Source: Scenedesmus sp. PABB004 (Eukaryota). From it: a stretch of DNA of 58,161 nt. The notes beneath the pieces were generated by a model. That model searched no databases. It was given only the letters and a program-made list of their open reading frames with translations, and was not told the DNA's origin. The stretch spans positions 62,001 through 120,161 of the forward strand of contig JABVCE010000046.1 in assembly GCA_014905635.1 (NCBI GenBank), read 5' to 3'. The position numbers and the translations under genes were made by a program. Below are positions 11,014-23,355 of the stretch, in pieces. The first letter of the stretch is position 1, and every line of letters starts with the position of its first letter.

Positions 11014-13178
11014 ATGCTCGCGGCGCGGCGCTGCGGCGCGCCGGTCGCTCGGGCGGCCAGCCGCTGGCGGAGCAGCTGCAGACCTGCGCAATGCTGCGCC
11101 GCTCGTGCCCACGCCAGCGGCAGCTCGGACGGCGGCAGGAGCGGCGTTAGCAGGGCCCGCGGCGCCGGCAGGCCGGCGGGCGGCCGCCGCGGCGGCGGCC
11201 GGGGCGGCAGCGGCGCGCGCCCCGCCCGGGGCCTGGACCCGCGCCAGCTGACGGCGATGATCAAGGGTGCTGCCACGCTGGCCGAGCTGCATCAACTGAT
11301 AGAGCAGCACGCGGGCAGCCTGGACCACATCCACCTGGCGGCGGCGGCATCGCAGCTGGGCCAGTGGGCGCGGCGCGGCGCCGTCCGCACCGCCGGTGAC
11401 GAGGCCGCGGCGCAGCAGCTGCTGCGGCGCGTGGAGGAGCAGCTGCTGCAGCCGGCGCTCCTGCAGGCGTGCGACTGCCGCGGCCTGTCCAACGTGGTGT
11501 GGGCGGCCGGGCTGTGCAGCTACGACGGGCCGCTGCTCACGGCCTGCCTGGCGGCGCTGCTGGAGCAGCTGCCGCGGAACGACCGGCCGCAGCACGTGTC
11601 GATGGCGCTGTACGGTGCCGCCAAGGCTGGCGTGGCGCTGCAGTCGGGCGACGTGCGGCGGCTGGTCGCGGCGTTTGCGGCGCAGCTGCCGGCGGCCAGC
11701 CCCCAGGCGGTGTCCAACACGCTGTGGGCGGTGGCGGTGCTGAGCGAAGCGCCGGCGCAGGAGCTGGAGCAGCTGCGGCCGCAGTTGGAGGAGCTGCTCG
11801 CGGCGCTGGCGCGGCACGCAGCGCTGCTGCCACAGGACGTGTCCAACGCCCTGCTGGCGGCGGCCAAGCTGGGCCTGGCGGTGCCGGCGGCGCAGCTGCA
11901 GCAGCTGCTGGCAGCGCTGGAGCGCAGCCTGGCGGCGGCGGAGCCCCAGGCCGTTGCCAACACGCTGTGGGCGGTGGCCACCATGCGCCAGGCGCTGCCG
12001 GCGGAGCAGCTGGAGCAGCTGCTGACCGCGCTGGCGGCTCAGCTGTCCGCGGCGGAGCCGCAGGACGTGTGCAATGCCCTGTGGGCGTGCGGGCAGCTGC
12101 GCCACCTGCCGTCCCAGCTGCTGGCGGCACTCACCACGCGCCAGCCGCAGCTGGAGCGCCTGCTGGCGAGCGCCAAGCCCCAAGAGCTCGCCAACGTCGC
12201 CCTGGCCTGCGCCAAGCTGGGCCACGCGGACGAGCGGCTGCTGGGCCCGCTGCTGCGGACGGCGGCGGCGCAGGTGCACGCGGGTGCCAGCTGGCCGGAG
12301 CAGGCCCTCGCCAACACCTGCTGGGCTGTGGCGGTGCTGGACCTGCGGCAGTGTGCCAGCGAGCTGGCGGTGCTGGCGCGCGCTGCGAGCGAGCAGTGGG
12401 GCGGCGTGGCGGCGGAGGGCATGCAGCAGCTGCACCAGGTCCAGCTGTGGGCAACGGACTGTGGCCTGCAGCTGCCGGGCGGCGGCGGGAGGCCGGGGCT
12501 GGCGGGCGCGCTGGCGCAGCAGCAGCTGGAGGCCTGCGAGCGCGCGTGGGCCGCGTCGCTGGCGGAGACGCAGGAACAGCAGCGGCGCGCGCCCAGCCGC
12601 TGGCTGCACGACGTCGCCGCCGCGCTGGAGCGCCTGCCCGTGGAGTGGGCGGCGCCGCCCGCGCTGGAGCAGCGCGCGGCGCCGGACGGCGCGTGCCTGG
12701 TCGACATCGCCGCCACGACAGCGGGCGGCGCGCGGCTCGCGGTGGAGGCGGACGGGCCCTTTCACTTCCGCACCGACGGCGGCCTCACCGGCGAGACGCT
12801 CTTCAGGCACGGGCGGCACTGGCGCCAGCGGCAGCGGCGGCGGCGCGCGCGCCGACCGCCCACTGCCCGCCCCGCCCGCCCGCCGCCGCGCCGCGCAGGA
12901 ACCGGGCGCTCGCGGCGCGCGGCTACTCGCTGGTGGTGGTGCCCTGGTTTGAGTGGGCGGAGCTGCGCGGCGCGGCGGAGCAGGCCGTGCTGCTCGCGGC
13001 CCTCGTGCGCCGCGCGCTGCCCATGCGCGCGCAGCCGGAGCCGCTCCACCAGCGCCGGCGACAGCGCACTGGCGACGGGCGGGCACCGCCCGCGACGCCC
13101 GCGGCGGACGGCGGCGCCGTGCGGCGGCGGCGCGTCTGGCTGGGCGACCGGCCGAGCGGCGGCGGCGCGGCGGGCTGA
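11014..13178 (+). CDS. Organelle-targeted octotricopeptide-repeat (OPR)/RAP-domain RNA-binding protein
   Basis: Arg/Ser/Ala-rich transit-like N-terminus. About 38-aa repeats PQAVSNTLWAVAVL, PQDVSNALLAAAKLG, PQDVCNALWACGQL, PQELANVALACAKLG. RAP domain VDIA..LAVEADGPFHF..RNRALAARGYSLVVVPWFEW after intron 12807-12898. Confidence 0.9.
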
Positions 13179-13367
13179 CCGCGGCGCTTCAACCGCGCGG
13201 CGCTTCAACGCCGCGCAGCCCCGCAGCATCCGCCCGCTCACTCACACAGTCCGCTGCGAGGGTGGGGCGGCCAGATCTAGGCCACACGCGCGGCAGCGCC
13301 TGCGGCAGCGGCGGCGCCAGCAGCTGATGATGGAAAGTGACCAGCGGCCTGGGGCGGCAGCGTAGCC

Positions 13368-16300
13368 ATGTTCTTTTGCTCGCCGCAATGGCTGAACAAG
13401 CCCGTCGACTCCCGGGCGCTGCCAGCGGGCGGCACGGCCCCGGCGGCGCCGGCTGCGGCGCCAGAGCAGCGGGCGGCAGCAGCGGGCGGCGACGCGGCCC
13501 CGCCGGGCGGCGCGGCGCCCGGCGGCGCCGCCCAGGCGGATGCCAGCGGGCCGTGGGAGGCGTCGGTGCAGGCAGCGGTGACGGCGCTGCAGCAGCGCCG
13601 CGAGGCGGCGGCCGCGCAGCGCGCGGCGGCGGCGGGGCCGCTCCTGCAGCCGCAGCGGGCGCCCGCGCCGCCGGCGCTGCGCGAGCCGGGCGCGCAGGCG
13701 TCGGACGGCGGCGGCGCAGCAGCAGAGGGCGCGGGTGGGCCGCCGGTGCCGCTGCCGCGCGTGGGGAGCTGCGCGGGGCCCACCGGCCTGCTGTCGCCGT
13801 ACCCCTGCGCGCCGCACGCGCCGGCAGCGGCGCCGCCGCAGCAGCCGTCCTGGGCGTCGCCGCTGCTGTCGCCGCCCGCGCCGCTGCTGCCGGCGGCCGG
13901 CGCGCCGGGCGCTGAAGCGGCGCCAGGTGGGCGCGCCGCGCGTGGCGGGCGCACGCCGTGCGGCTGGCCGCCCCCCGCGCCCCCTGCCGACCGCCCGCCG
14001 CCCTGCCCCGCGGGCCCCGCCCCGCTGCGCCGCGCGCAGGGCGCTGCAGCCAGGCCGGCGCGCCGGCGGCAGCGGCAGCGGCAGAAGCAGCAGCAGCGCC
14101 CGGCTACTGGGAGGATCGGTACGCCCTGCCCGTCGCGGCGCTCTCGGCGGTGTGGCCCGACCCCGCGCTGGTGTCGCTGCTCTTGCAGCAGGCCGATTGC
14201 CCGCACGACGCCGGCCTGCCCGCGCCGCTGCCGCCCGGCGCGGCGGCTGCTGCTGCGGCAACGGTGGCGGCGGCGGCGTCGCCGGGCACGGCGGCGGCGG
14301 CCGGCAGCAGCGCCGGGGCGGGCGCGGAGGGCTGCGAGCCGCCAGGTGGGCTGGGCGGCGGCCGGGCCAGCGCACCGCCCGCAGCGCCGCCGCGCGTGTG
14401 CCGTGTCTCTCACGCAGTTGCTGCCGCTCCCGCTGCCCTGCAGTGCTGCTTCCGCTGGCGGTGCCCGATGCGCTGCAGCGCCGCACCGCGTGCGGCGGGG
14501 GGCTGTCGGGCCGGCAGCTGCTGGCGGCGCTTCGCGCCGCCGCCACGCGCACGGCGGCCGCGACAGCATCCGCGGCAGACGCCGGCGCAGCGGGCGGGGT
14601 CGCGGGCGAGCCGGCGGCGCAGCAAGGCGTTCAGCAGCTGGCGCCAGCCTGCGACGAGCAGCTGGGCAGCAGCTTCCTGCTGCGCCTCGCCTGCCCCCAG
14701 CTGCTGGTCGGGCATGAGGTGGGCCGCACGGCTGGCGCCGCCGCTGGCTGCTGCGGCGTGCCGCTCGCGGCTGTGGCGTGCCGCTCGCGGCTGCGGCGCC
14801 GCGCCGCCGCGCCCCTGATCGTCCGGCGCGCGCGCGCGAACGACGCCGCAGGGTGACTGGGTGCAGGTGCCGCCGCCGCACCTCGGCCACTGGGCGGCGC
14901 TGGGCCTGGGCCCCGCGAGCCCCGGCAAGACCCTGATGTACACTGTGCTCGCCCCAGCCGGCAGCGCTGTCCTCGCCGCGGCATTTATGCGGGTGCGCGG
15001 CCGGGGCGCCCGTCCCCGCCCGCACCGCGCCCGCACCGCGCGCCCGCACCGCGCGCGCGCACCGCGCCCGCCGGGCGCCACCGAGCGCCGCTGCGCGCCG
15101 CCGCGCCGCCCCGGCGCGCCCGCAGGACCTCGCGGCGGTGTATGCCGGCTGCGGCCTGGGCGCGATGGCCCCCTGCCGCCGCCCGACCAGCCGCCGACGC
15201 CGCCGCTGGGCGCGGCCGGCGTGGCGGCGGCCGCCGCGGCGACTGCAGCGGCCGCGGCGGCGGCGGCGGCCAGCGGCGGCCCCGCGCGCTTTGAGCCGCA
15301 CTCCCTCGCCGGCCTGGCAGAGGCAGCGGCGGTGATCCCGGTCCAGGGCGGCGGCGGCGGCGGCGGCGGCGGCGGCAGCTGGCTGCGCGGGCTCTTGTCC
15401 GCGGCGCGCGGGCTGCAGTCGCGGCTGCTATTTGCGCCGCCGCGGCTGGCCTTCCCGCCGCTCGCGGCCGTGCCGCGCCCCGACCTTGGCCAGCCGCAGG
15501 CGGCGAGCCTCGTGGTGTTCGTGGTGGTCCCGGACGACGACGCCGCGGCGGTGGCGGCGGAGGGCGCCTGGCCTGCGGTGCCGGGGCGCCCGAGGCGCGG
15601 GCAGCAGCAGGAGGGGCGGCAGCAGGGGCAGCAGGCGGCGGACGTGCTGCTGCTGCGCAGCTTTGCCAGCGTGGCACAGTACCTGGCGCCGCTCGGCCAG
15701 CCCACGTCGCTGGCGCCGCTGACATCGTCAGGCGGCAGCGGCGGCGGCGGGCCGGCCGGCGACGCGTGCGGCGCGGTCACGCCGACGGCGCCGGCGCAGC
15801 CGCAGCGCGTGGCCGACCAGGCGCAGTGCGTGGCGCCGCAGCAGGCCGGCGACGGCCACTACCTGGACGCCGTCGGCCCGGCGCGCCTGCCGCCGACGCT
15901 GGTCGCGGCCGGCGGCGGCGGCGCGGCGCAGGACGCACCGGCGCTGGCGCGCCGGCAGCAGTCGCCGTGGGGCGGGGGCCGGGCGCGCAGGGCCAGGCGC
16001 CGGACCTGCACATCCAGCTCGTCCGCCGCAGCCTGCTGGCCTGCCCGAGCGAGGCCGCGCTGCGGGGGCTGGCCATGGCTGCGTACGCCAAGGTGCGTGT
16101 GTGTGTGTGGGGGGGGGGGGGCAACCTCCTCTCGCCTGCGCCGCGGGGGCCGTGCTGCCGGCGGCCAGCCGCTCGGCGCGGCGGGCTCGCGCGCCGGCGG
16201 CGGCAGCGACTCCCCGCCCGCAACGCGCGCGCGGCCCGCCCCGCGCCGCCGCCCGCAGGTGCGGCGGCGCCCCCGGCCGAGGGCGGGGCCGTGCTGTTCC

Positions 16301-18669
16301 CCGCCGCAGCAGCGGAGCAGCAAGGCACGCAGGAGCAGCCGGCCAGCCAGGCGCACGAGGCGCACGGCGCCAGCCCCGGCAGCCAGCTGGGCGGCGCCGC
16401 GGCGTCGCCGGCGGGCGGCGGCCAGGCATCCCAGGTCCTGGTGGGTGGCCGCGCTGGCTCACGCGCGCGCACGCCCGAGCTCCGCCGCGCAGCCGCCGCC
16501 GCGCCCGGCCCCACCCCATCCCACCATCCGGCCGCCCGCGCAGCCGCCCTGGGTGGCCAACAGCCCCTCGCTCATGACTTCAGCCTGCCCCCGTGGCGGC
16601 CCCAGGGCGGCCCAGCCGCTCGGCGGCGCGCCGCTGGCCGAGCCGCTGTTCGTCCTGGCGCCGGCGGGGGACGGCACGGAGCCGGCAGACGGGGCGGCGC
16701 AGCACGCGCCGTCGCTGGCCGGCGGCGAGCCGGCCGACGCGGCCGGAGGGGCCCAGCCGCAGGAGCAGCAGCGGCAGGAGCAGCAGCATGTGCAGCAGCA
16801 GCAGCAGCAGCATGTGCAGCAGCAGCATCAGCAGCAGCAGGAGCAGGTGCTGCGCCGCAGCCTGCACGCCGCCTACTTCTGGCTGCCGCCGGCGGGCGCC
16901 GCGGAGGGCGAAGCCGGCGCCGCTGGCGCGCCCGGCGCCGGGGTGCCTTGGCTGGCGGTGTGCTGGACCGACGACCGTGCGGAGCTGCTGCAGAGCAGGC
17001 TGGTGGCGCTGCCGCCTGCGCTGCTGGCGGCGGCAGCGGCGGAGCCGCCCGGCGGCGCCGCCGCGGCCGCGCTGTCGCGCTGGGTGGCCGGCGCTGTGCT
17101 CGCGGCCAGCCTGGCGCTGGCGGCTGACCTCACGACCAGCACGGCGGGCGAGCGCGCGCTGCTGTCGCGCCTGCTCGTGTGCCGCCTGGGCGGCCTGGGA
17201 CCGGGCGAGGCGGCGGCGTGGCGGGGGCTGCTGGCCGCGCTGCGCGACCAGGCGGCGGCCCAGATGCACTGGCGCCAGGCGGCGCAGCAGCAGCAGCAGC
17301 AGCAGCAGGCCCAGCAGGGCAACGCCGGCAGCAACACGCAAGTGCCTGCGCCAGGCGCCCCCGCGGCAGACGGGCAGCAGCTGGTGGCAGCAGCGGCGGG
17401 GCTGCTGGTCGGCCGCGCGCCCGCGCCCGGTGGCGACGCTGCCGCCGTGTGGCGCGACCTGCAGCAGCAGCTGGAGGCGAGCGTGGCGTCGGTGGCCGCT
17501 GCTGCGGCCGAGGCCCTTGCGCGGCGGCCGGGCGGCGGCTTGCAGGCGCTGATGTCGCCAACCAGCGAGCCGCTGGCGCCGCCGCCGCAGCAGCAGCGGC
17601 GCAGCGCGGCGGGCGCGCCGTCGTTGCTGGAGCAGTCGTTGCTGGGGCAGCTGGCCGTCGCGAGCGTGCTGCCAGACGGCCCCCTTTACCTCGGCGCCGC
17701 GAGCGACCTGCCTGAGGGCCCGCTGCTGCTGCTGCTGCCAGGCCTGGCGGCGCCGGGCGCCGGCGGCGCCACGGGCGGGCCCGACACCGCCAGCGTGGTG
17801 CTGGCGCCCCCCGCGGCGGCGTGCGACGCGCTGGTGCCGGGCGAGCTCGACAGCGCGCGCCTGCTGCACGTGCGCCTGCTGGCCACCAGCGGCGCCGCCA
17901 TCCCGCCGTCCGCGTGGGCGGCGGCGGCGCGCGTGTCGGCGGCGGCGGCAGCCGCCGCCGCGCGCGGCGCGCGGGCGGGCGCGGGCGCGCGAGCGCGCTG
18001 CTGGTGGCGCAGCGCCTGGCGGCGGCGCCGCCCGCGCCCGCGCGCGGTGGCGGGCTGGCGCTGGCGCTGCCGGGCGGCGGCGGCGCAGGGCAGGGGGCGG
18101 GCAGCCCCGGTGGCGCTGCCGAGCTGTGCCTCGACCTCGCGTCGCCCTGCGGCGCCCCCGACGTCGCGGCGTCGCAGGCGCGCTCGCCCGCCAGCCTCGA
18201 CCTGGGCGGCGACCCCGACGGCTCCCAGGACGGCGCAGAGGGCCCGCCCGCGCCGCCGAGCCCCGGCGCCGCGGCCGCGGACGCCAAGCGTCGCGCCTGC
18301 GACGCCGGCGGCGACGACGCGGCCGGCGGCGCGAAGCGGCCGCGCCTCGCCGGCGCGGGCCTGGGCGACGCGCAGCCCGGCGCGGGGGTTGGCGCGGCGG
18401 CGGTCGCGGACGCTGCGGCGGAGCTGGCCGCCCTCGCCGTGGCGGGCATCGCCATGCACGCCCTGGCCGGCCACGCCAGCAGCTGCGCCGGTGGCGAGGG
18501 CGGCGGCGGGGGCGGCGACGCGGGCCGTGCGTCGGCCGCGGCGGCGGCCGCGGCGGGCCTGCTGCCGCCGCGGGGCGCCGCGGTGCAGCTGCCGCTGCAC
18601 GCCGCCGCCGCGTGGCGGCTCTGGCTGCTGGCGGCGGGGCTCAGCGAGCTCGCGGTGCGGGCTGACTAA
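13368..18669 (+). CDS. MED13: Mediator kinase-module subunit MED13-like
   Basis: Motifs PQLLVGHE|GDWVQV..HWAALGLGP..GKTLMYTVL, DLAAVYAGCGLG, LAEPLFVLA, LHAAYFW..WLAVCWTDDRAELL, RLLVCRLGGL, LPLH match the MED13 middle and C-terminal blocks as I recall them. Start is uncertain; apparent frameshifts near 15975 and 17990. Confidence 0.7.
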
Positions 18670-18838
18670 ATGACGGGGCGGGTCTGGGAGTGGCTAAGCC
18701 CTGGTCGTCGTTCCCCGCGGGCACCTCGCCGGCGTCGCCAACAGGCACTCACCACGCGCACCAAAAGCAGCGCCCCGCAGCCCAGCGCCGCAAGCCGACG
18801 ACGCAGCCCCACCGCCGCTGCGGCGCCCGACCGCCGCG

Positions 18839-20820
18839 ATGGTGTGCTGCTGCTGCGGCGGCTCGGCGTGCCCTCAAAGCGACGACGTGCTCACCTGCGA
18901 CCTCGCCGCCGCAGGGGAACGCCTACCTGCTGGCGTACAACGCCGCGCTCTGCGCCGGATGGTGAGGGCCGCGCAGCTCCGCGCCGGGGGCCGCTGGCGG
19001 CTTCATTGGCATCCCGACGGGGCAGCCGACGCGCGGCCCAGCGCCCAGCCGCGCGGGAGCCGGCGCAGCCGCGCCGGCAGCACGGCGCGCGCCCAACCGC
19101 CGCGCTGCTGCTGGCGCCGCCGGCGCCGGGGCAGCGCGTGGCGGCGCGGCGCGCGCGCCCGGCGCTGCGCTTCAATCCCAGTCGCGCGCTCCCAGGCGCC
19201 GGGCACGAGCGCGCGGCGCCGCCGCCGCTGGCGGCGACGCGAGCTCGCCGCGCCGCAACCGCCGCGCCGCGCCGCGCTGCCGCAGGGGCTACGTCCTCTT
19301 TCTGACCTACAAGACGGTGCTGCTGGAGCACGGCTGGACGGAGGAGGTGTTCAAGGTGCGCTCCTTGCTGCGCACGGCGGGCGGCCGGCGCAGGCGGCCG
19401 GCGCAGCGCGTCGCGCGTGGCGCGCGGCGCGCCGAGCCGGTGCGGCGTCGTCCTGCCCGGCGTGCAGGCGGTTGACCTTCCGCTCAAGGTCAGCCAGACC
19501 GCGGCGGTGATGGAGGTGGTGCACGCAGCGGCGGGCATCGTCAAGAGCCCCGTCGCCATCACGGGTGGGCGGCCCCGCGCCGCCGCCGGCGCCGCGGGGC
19601 GCGAGGCCGCAGGGCCCTGTCAGCAGCTGCGCCGGGGCTGCGGCGGCGGCGGGCGGGAGCACTGGGGGACGGGGGCGGGGAGGGGCGGCGGCGCCTGGGC
19701 GGCAGCGCGCCGCCGCCCGACTCCCCGCCGCCTCTGCCGCCGCCGCCGCCCCCCGCACCCCCGCCGCGCTGCAGCCATGCAGGTCGCGAGCCGCATCTGG
19801 TGCCTCTGGGGCATCGTCGTGCCCTGCGCCGACGCGGTCATCCCGCGCGGGCTGCTCTCGCCCGACACCCAGGCCGCGCTCGGCCTGCCGGCCTGGGCCA
19901 ACATCAAGTGCGCGCCGCCGCGCCCGCCCTGCTCCCCTCCCCGCCGCCCGCCGGCCCGCTCGCACGCGCCGCCCTGCGCCCTGCCCCAGCGCCCTGTGCG
20001 CCCGCCCCTGCCAAAAACTCGTGCTCACGTCAACCCCCAGCTTCATCACGCTCATGACCGCCTGGGGGTGCAGCGAGGTCATCCGCTACGGCTTCTTCGC
20101 CCTCAAGGAGGCCCTCGGCACGCCGCCCTACGCCGCGACCTGGCTGCGGTGTGGCGGGGGCGGGACGCGGCGGGGGGGGGGGGGGGGGGGGACGGGGGGT
20201 GCAGCAGGGTGGTGGGCGGAGGCGCGGTGCCGGCCCCCGCAAGGCCTCCCTTCCCCTTGACCTCCCCCCGGCCCTGCCCCAACACCCCGCCCCCTGCCTC
20301 AAACCTCGCCCCCCCCCCCCCCCCCCCCTTAACCTCCCCGCCCCCCTAAAACCTAAAACCTCACCCCCCCCCCCGCCCCCCAGCTACTCCGGCTTCCTCC
20401 CCCTCTACCCCCTGGGCGTGAGCAGCGAGCTCACCATGGCCGCGCTCGCGCTGCCGGCCATCCGCGCGCGCGGGCTGTGGAGCGTGGGCCTGCCCAACGC
20501 CTGGAACTGGGGCTTTGACTACGCCACGCTCTGCGTGCTCATCATGCTCACCTACATCCCGGGTGGGTGCTGGTGTGTCTGGGTGTGTGTGGGTGTGTGC
20601 GTGTTGTGTGTGGAAGGGGGGGGGGTGCGCCACGCGTTTGTGTGAGTGGGCAGGCGCCGGCGCGGTGTGCACGCGCAGGGAGGGAGGCGCTCGCTCGCTC
20701 ACGCCGCGCCGCGCCGTCGCAGGCCTGCCGCAGCTGTACGGCTACATGCTGGTCCAGCGGCGCAAGGTGCTCGGCGGCGGCGGCGCCGCGGCCGGCGGCA
20801 AGCGGGTCAAGGCCGCGTGA
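18839..20820 (+). CDS. PAS2: Very-long-chain 3-hydroxyacyl-CoA dehydratase (PTPLA/HACD family)
   Basis: M|GNAYLLAYN, QTAAVMEVVHAAAGIVKSP, MQVASRI, AWGCSEVIRYGFF, WLR|YSGFLPLYPLGVSSE (catalytic Y/E), YIPG|LPQLYGYMLVQRRKVL, basic C-terminus KRVKAA. Confidence 0.95.
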
Positions 20821-21274
20821 GCGGCGCGCGGCGCGGGCGCGGGCGCGCGGGGCGGGTGCATTTCGGGCGGCGCCGCGCGGCCGTGGCGGGGACCGGGAGC
20901 GGTGGGAGACCGGGAGCGGCGGCCAGCGGGCGCCGCGGTTGGTGCAACGGGCGGTTTTTGGTGACCTGACCCCTGCGACCCGCTCGGCTGCGCCGGCGCG
21001 CGAGCTCCGGTGCGCCCGCCGGTGCCCGTGCGCCCGCTCAGCACAGAGCGCCGAGACCTTGCAGTCGGAAGGCAGCTCGCGGCCGCGCCAGGGGCCCTCG
21101 CAGAACTCCGCGGGCGCTGCTGCTGTTGCTGCTGCCGCCGCTCCGCTGCGAGTCCGCCCGGCCGAGCCGCGGCGCGTGCCGCACCCGGAGAGCATGTCGT
21201 AACTGGCCCGCGGCTGACAGGCCTGCCGCGCGGGCGGTGCTGCCGGCAGCAGCAGCACGGCGGCGGCGCCGCCG

Positions 21275-23355
21275 ATGGCGCCGCTGGGCGGGCTTGCGCT
21301 CGCGCTGGCGGCGGCGGGAGGCAACAACCTGGGCAAGGGCCTGCAGAAGGCCGCCACGCGCGGGCTGCCGGCCCTCACGCTGGCACGGCGCGAGGTGCGT
21401 CGGCGGCGCAGCCCCGTCCCCCGGCTGCGCCGCGGCGCGGCGCCCACGCCGCCCCTCCTCCCCCCTGTGCGCAGGTGGTGTTGGCGTATCTGAGCAATCC
21501 CACCTGGCTGCTGGGCCTGGCGCTGGACGTCGGCGGCGGCGCGGCGATGCTCGGCGCGCTCGCGGCGGCGCCTGTGAGCCTCGTGCAGCCGGTTGCCGCG
21601 TTTGGGCTGGTGCTGCTGGCGGCGTTCAGCCACTTCGTGCTGCAGGTGCGCGCCACAGCACGGGGGCAGGGCGCCGCACCGCGCCGCGGCGCGGCACGGC
21701 GGCGGCGACCCCCGACAAGGGCCGCCCGCGCGCGCAGGAGCGCCTGCGCCCCGCGCAGTGGCGCGGCGCGGCGGTCGCGACGCTGGGCATCGTCGGAATG
21801 GGGCTCAGCGCCGGCGGCGGCGGCAGCAGCAGCGGCAGCAGCCAGGGCGACGACGGCAGCGCGGGCGCGGCAGCCGCTGGCGAAGCGGCGGCGGCGGCGG
21901 TCGCGGCGGAGGGCTCGGCGCGAGCAGCTGCAGCAGCGGGGCCGGCCGCAGCAACGGCGGCGGGCGCGCCGCCGCCGCCCGCGCGGGTGCTGGGCTGCTT
22001 TGTGCTGCTCCTGGCGCTGCTGGCGCTCGAGGTCGCGTGGCGGCAGCGCCGCGAGCGCGCGGCCGCGGCGCGGCGCAAGCGCGCGGGCGCGGCCGCGGGC
22101 GTGGGCGCGGCGGCGGCGGCCGAGGCGGCGGCGGCGGCCGCGGACGCGGCGGCGTGCGGGCTGGAGGCGGGCTGCTGCTTTGGCTTCAGCGCCGCCGCGG
22201 CGCGCACGGGTGGGCGGCCCGCGCGCACACGCGCGGGGTTCGGCGGCGCACCCGGCAGAGGGCCGGCGCTGCGCCGCAGGCGCGCTGAGGCGCCGCCGCC
22301 GCGCCGACGCCTGCCGCGCGACAGGCTTTGAGCTGGGCCGCTCCCTGAGCTGGCTGCTGGTTCCGGTCGGCCTCGCCGCCAGCGCCGGCCTGACCAGCAC
22401 AGGGTTTGTGCTGCAGGTGCGGGAGGGATGGCGGAGAGGCCCGGCAGCCGGCGTCTAGGCGCCGCGACCACCCGAGCAGCCGCGCGGCGTGCGGCCGCCG
22501 CGGTGGCGGCCAAAGACAAAGATAGTTACACCATAGGCTCGCAATGGGTGCAAGCCTATGGTGTAACTATCTTGTCTTTGGCCGCCACCGCCCGCAGCAG
22601 CCGCCCCTGGCGGGCGCCGCCTGGCCCGCCGCCGCATCCCTCCCCCCTCCCCCCTCTCACGCCGCCGCCACCACAGACGCGGGGCTTCAAGCACGGCAGC
22701 GCGCTGGTGGTGTGCACGACCGCGGCCGCCGCCAGCATCGTGGCAGGTGCGTGCAGGCTGCGGGTGGCGCCGCGCCGCCGTCCGGCGGCGCGCCTGCGTC
22801 AGCCACTGGCGCCGCGCCGCGCGCCCGCTCACAGGCGTGCTCGTCGGCCTGACGGCGCTCGGCGAGGCGCTGCCGGCGTCGCCCCGCTTCAAGCTGCTGC
22901 TGCTGGCGAGCTGGGGCGCCACATTCGCTGGTATCGCCAGCATGGCCGCGGGGGAGGGCGGCCCCAGCGGGCCGCACGGCCACGCGCCGCCGGGCGGCGG
23001 CGCCGGCGGCGGGCTGCAGCTGCGCGAGCGCGCGCTGGCCGCGGCGCGCGGCGCCCTGCTGGCGCTGCCCCGCGACGCGCGGCGGCGGCTGCCGCGGCGG
23101 CTGCAGGCGTGGCTGGGGCGCGGCGGCGGGTCCAGCAGCAGCGGCGGCGCGCCCGGCGGCGGCGGCCTGTGGGGCCTGCTCGCGCGGTCGAGCCCGCGCG
23201 CGGCCGACGCGGTGGCCGCCGCCGCCGCCCGCGGCGGCAGCGGCGCCCTGGCGCTGGCGGACGACGGCGGCCCCGGGCTGCCGGTGAGCAGCAGTAGCAG
23301 CTCGACGCCAGACTTTGCGGGCGTGCTCGGGCCCACCGGCGGCGCGCGGCGCTAG
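21275..23355 (+). CDS. DMT-superfamily probable Mg2+ transporter, NIPA9-like
   Basis: LALAAAGGNNLGKGLQK, AYLSNPTWLLGLALDVGG, ALAAAPVSLVQPV..FSHFVLQ|E, GLEAGCCFGFSA, GFVLQ|TRGFKHG, ALGEALP. Closely resembles plant NIPA9 as recalled; not searched. Confidence 0.85.
22500..22591 (+). ncRNA. Intronic near-perfect hairpin; candidate microRNA precursor
   Basis: Arms 22500-22543 and 22549-22591 are reverse complements with one bulged A and one mismatch, around a 5-nt loop. AT-rich core inside intron 22417-22676. The hairpin is seen directly; the miRNA call is inference. Confidence 0.5.

Noticed and set aside
15970..18000. Frameshifts in MED13 (about 15975 and 17990)
   Set aside because: They fall in G runs or GC repeats of an otherwise intact conserved gene; probable consensus indels that need read-level checking.
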